The translations under genes and the position numbers were made by a program. A stretch of 64,000 nucleotides of DNA from Octopus bimaculoides (Eukaryota): positions 36,159,871 to 36,223,870 of the forward strand of contig NC_068994.1 in the NCBI RefSeq assembly GCF_001194135.2, read 5' to 3'. The notes beneath the pieces were generated by a model. That model saw nothing but the letters and a program-made list of their open reading frames with translations, did no database searches and had not been told where the DNA came from. Positions 62,215-64,000 of this stretch are shown here, in pieces; within the stretch, counting starts at the first letter, position 1; each line of letters begins with the position of its first letter.

Positions 62215-62593
62215 CTTAACAACTGGACTGGTTCTTGTGCGGGTGGCACATGAGATGCACCATTTTGAGCGTGGCCGTTGCCAGTACGGCCTGACTGGCT
62301 CCTGTAGGATTTTCGAGCGAGATCGTTGCCAGTGCCCCTGGACTGGCTTGTGCGGGTGGCACATAAAAGACACCATTTCGAGCGTGGCCGTTTTCGTGCG
62401 GGTGACACGTAAAAGCACCCACTACACTCTCTGAGTGGTTGGCGTTAGGAAGGGCATCCAGCTGTAGAAACTCTGCCAAATCAGACTGGAGCCTGGTGTT
62501 GCCATCCGGTTTCACCAGTCCTCAGTCAAATCGTCCAACCCATGCTAGCATGGAAAGCGGACGTTAAACGATGATGATGATGATGATGATGAT
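62215..62593 (+). mobile_element. 5'-truncated RTE 3' UTR copy with (GAT)n tail
   Basis: Same 60-70-bp subrepeats and terminal sequence as 49850-50245. Confidence 0.9.
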
Positions 62594-63950
62594 AGGTTCA
62601 ACCCGATTTTTGATTCACATGTTTCAACCAAGATCACTGGAGAATATTTTGTTGCTTTGGACAAATGTTTTCCTAAATCTAATCAGTATCATGCTATTTT
62701 TAAGCGACACACTGTGACAGTATCCTACGCCAACTCTGCTATTTTAGAGCAGTTTATGCATCGTATAAACAATAGCAAAATGCAGTAAAGGTTCAATAAC
62801 CCACCTACAAACATTTGCATCTAAATACCAACCAAGTAGATATAGACTGCAATGATAGACACCAATTACGATCAATTTGTAGTAGTAGAAATACTCATGG
62901 TACAGCTAACATGGTAACAATACTGGTAAATGGAGTCAGGACTGCCTTATATACAAATAAATACGATAAATGCTCATGCAGAGAAAAATCAAAATGTCCT
63001 TTGAAGAATCTCTGTATGAGTACAAATCTTGTATATAAATGTACCATGCACACATGGGGAGGGCCATATGTTTACATTGGGCAGACGGCTGATTCGTTTA
63101 AGAATCGTTACCACAACCAAGTTACCAGCTTTAAGACAATCAATAAGAGACATTCAACAGATTTGGCAGATTTTGTATGGTGACTGAAGGAGGATAAAAT
63201 GAAGTACTGCATTAATTTGTCCATAGTAAGGTATGCGAAATCATACAATATGATTTTCAGGATATGCTGTCCCTGCACCAAGGAATCTCTGTCTATTTTA
63301 TAGACTGACGAGAAGATCATTAATAGAATTTCTGAATGACTCTCGAGATGCCTACATGCATATAAATGTACTTTTGCACAATGCAGTGGGAATGAATTTT
63401 GAGTAACCATTAACATAATTTGATTTACTTTAAGTTATGGATGACTTAAGTTTACTTCTAACCTTCCAATTATTACAAACACCAAGTAGATAGCTCCCTT
63501 GCTTTCTGATCATCAGTGCATCAAACCTCGCATGTGCATATGCTCACATTTCTGTGGATGCTGGTATGAGTAAGTGTACTCACACCATGCAGCTTGCCCG
63601 GGGGCATTTATACATGCATATTTGTTAGCGGTTATTTTTAATACTTTTTTCACTGGACTGTGTGTTCGTTTTTCTTTTTACCATCTGTGATTTTATTTTT
63701 GATCTTCAATATAAATGTAGATATTTCCTCCGTCTGGCTGCTTTTCTTTCTACAAAATGAAAGTTACAAAGCTGTACACTTATTTTAACAAGTTGTACTT
63801 ATTTATCACCCGATGCGATACATCTGCACAACCGGATGCTCCTGAACCAGTTACTGAGTGCCCCACCCATAAGGAATCGATGGTAGACATGCTGAAACAA
63901 TTGTCGTGATTAATAATAAATCCTCATATATTCCATCTTCCGTCTTCCAT
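62594..63950 (+). mobile_element. Penelope-like retroelement 3' part: GIY-YIG endonuclease and terminal region
   Basis: FNPIFDSHVSTK...CFPKSNQYHAIFKRHTVTVSY; CSCREKSKCPLKNLCMSTNLVY...VYIGQTADSFKNRYHNQVTSF...STDLADFVW*LK...ICCPCTKE. The 3' region ends in a hammerhead-like motif, AATAAA and (TA)n. Confidence 0.88.
63805..63910 (+). ncRNA. Degenerate hammerhead ribozyme at the Penelope-like 3' end
   Basis: atcac-CCGATGC...GAAAC-aatt-GTC-gtgat: stem I and palindromic loop III are intact; the CUGAUGA box carries two substitutions. Confidence 0.55.
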
Positions 63951-63953
63951 TTA

Positions 63954-64000
<47 letters not shown>

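Overview
AT-rich, repeat-dense animal genomic DNA with ten N-gaps and many (TA)n/(CA)n/(TC)n/(GAT)n tracts. The SINE/LINE families look like those I recall from Octopus; this is recognition from memory, not a database result. I could not identify any intact host protein-coding gene, rRNA, true tRNA or CRISPR array. Most listed ORFs are microsatellite or N-gap artefacts, or decayed transposon fragments. Recognisable elements: two CR1-like LINE copies; several RTE pieces (one 5'-inverted); two or three Penelope-like (GIY-YIG) fragments; RLE-type non-LTR remnants; a Gypsy pol C-terminus; a SPIN/GTF2IRD2-like hAT transposase relic; a mariner fused to a Tigger/pogo N-terminus; several MITEs; and at least four SINE families. 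The most notable unannotated structure is: (1) a set of type I hammerhead ribozyme motifs, two with intact cores (12064-12137 +, 22902-22986 -) and several decayed ones tied to Penelope-like ends; (2) a foldback MITE family carrying (TTAGGG)n cores; (3) an open 207-bp (69-codon) tandem unit beside a gap; (4) a ~0.9-kb tandem duplication carrying a candidate mutually exclusive exon pair; (5) a CpG-retaining domain (~13.4-24.9 kb) between CpG-depleted domains; (6) a covarying 3' stem-loop shared by a LINE and a SINE. All exon calls are low confidence.
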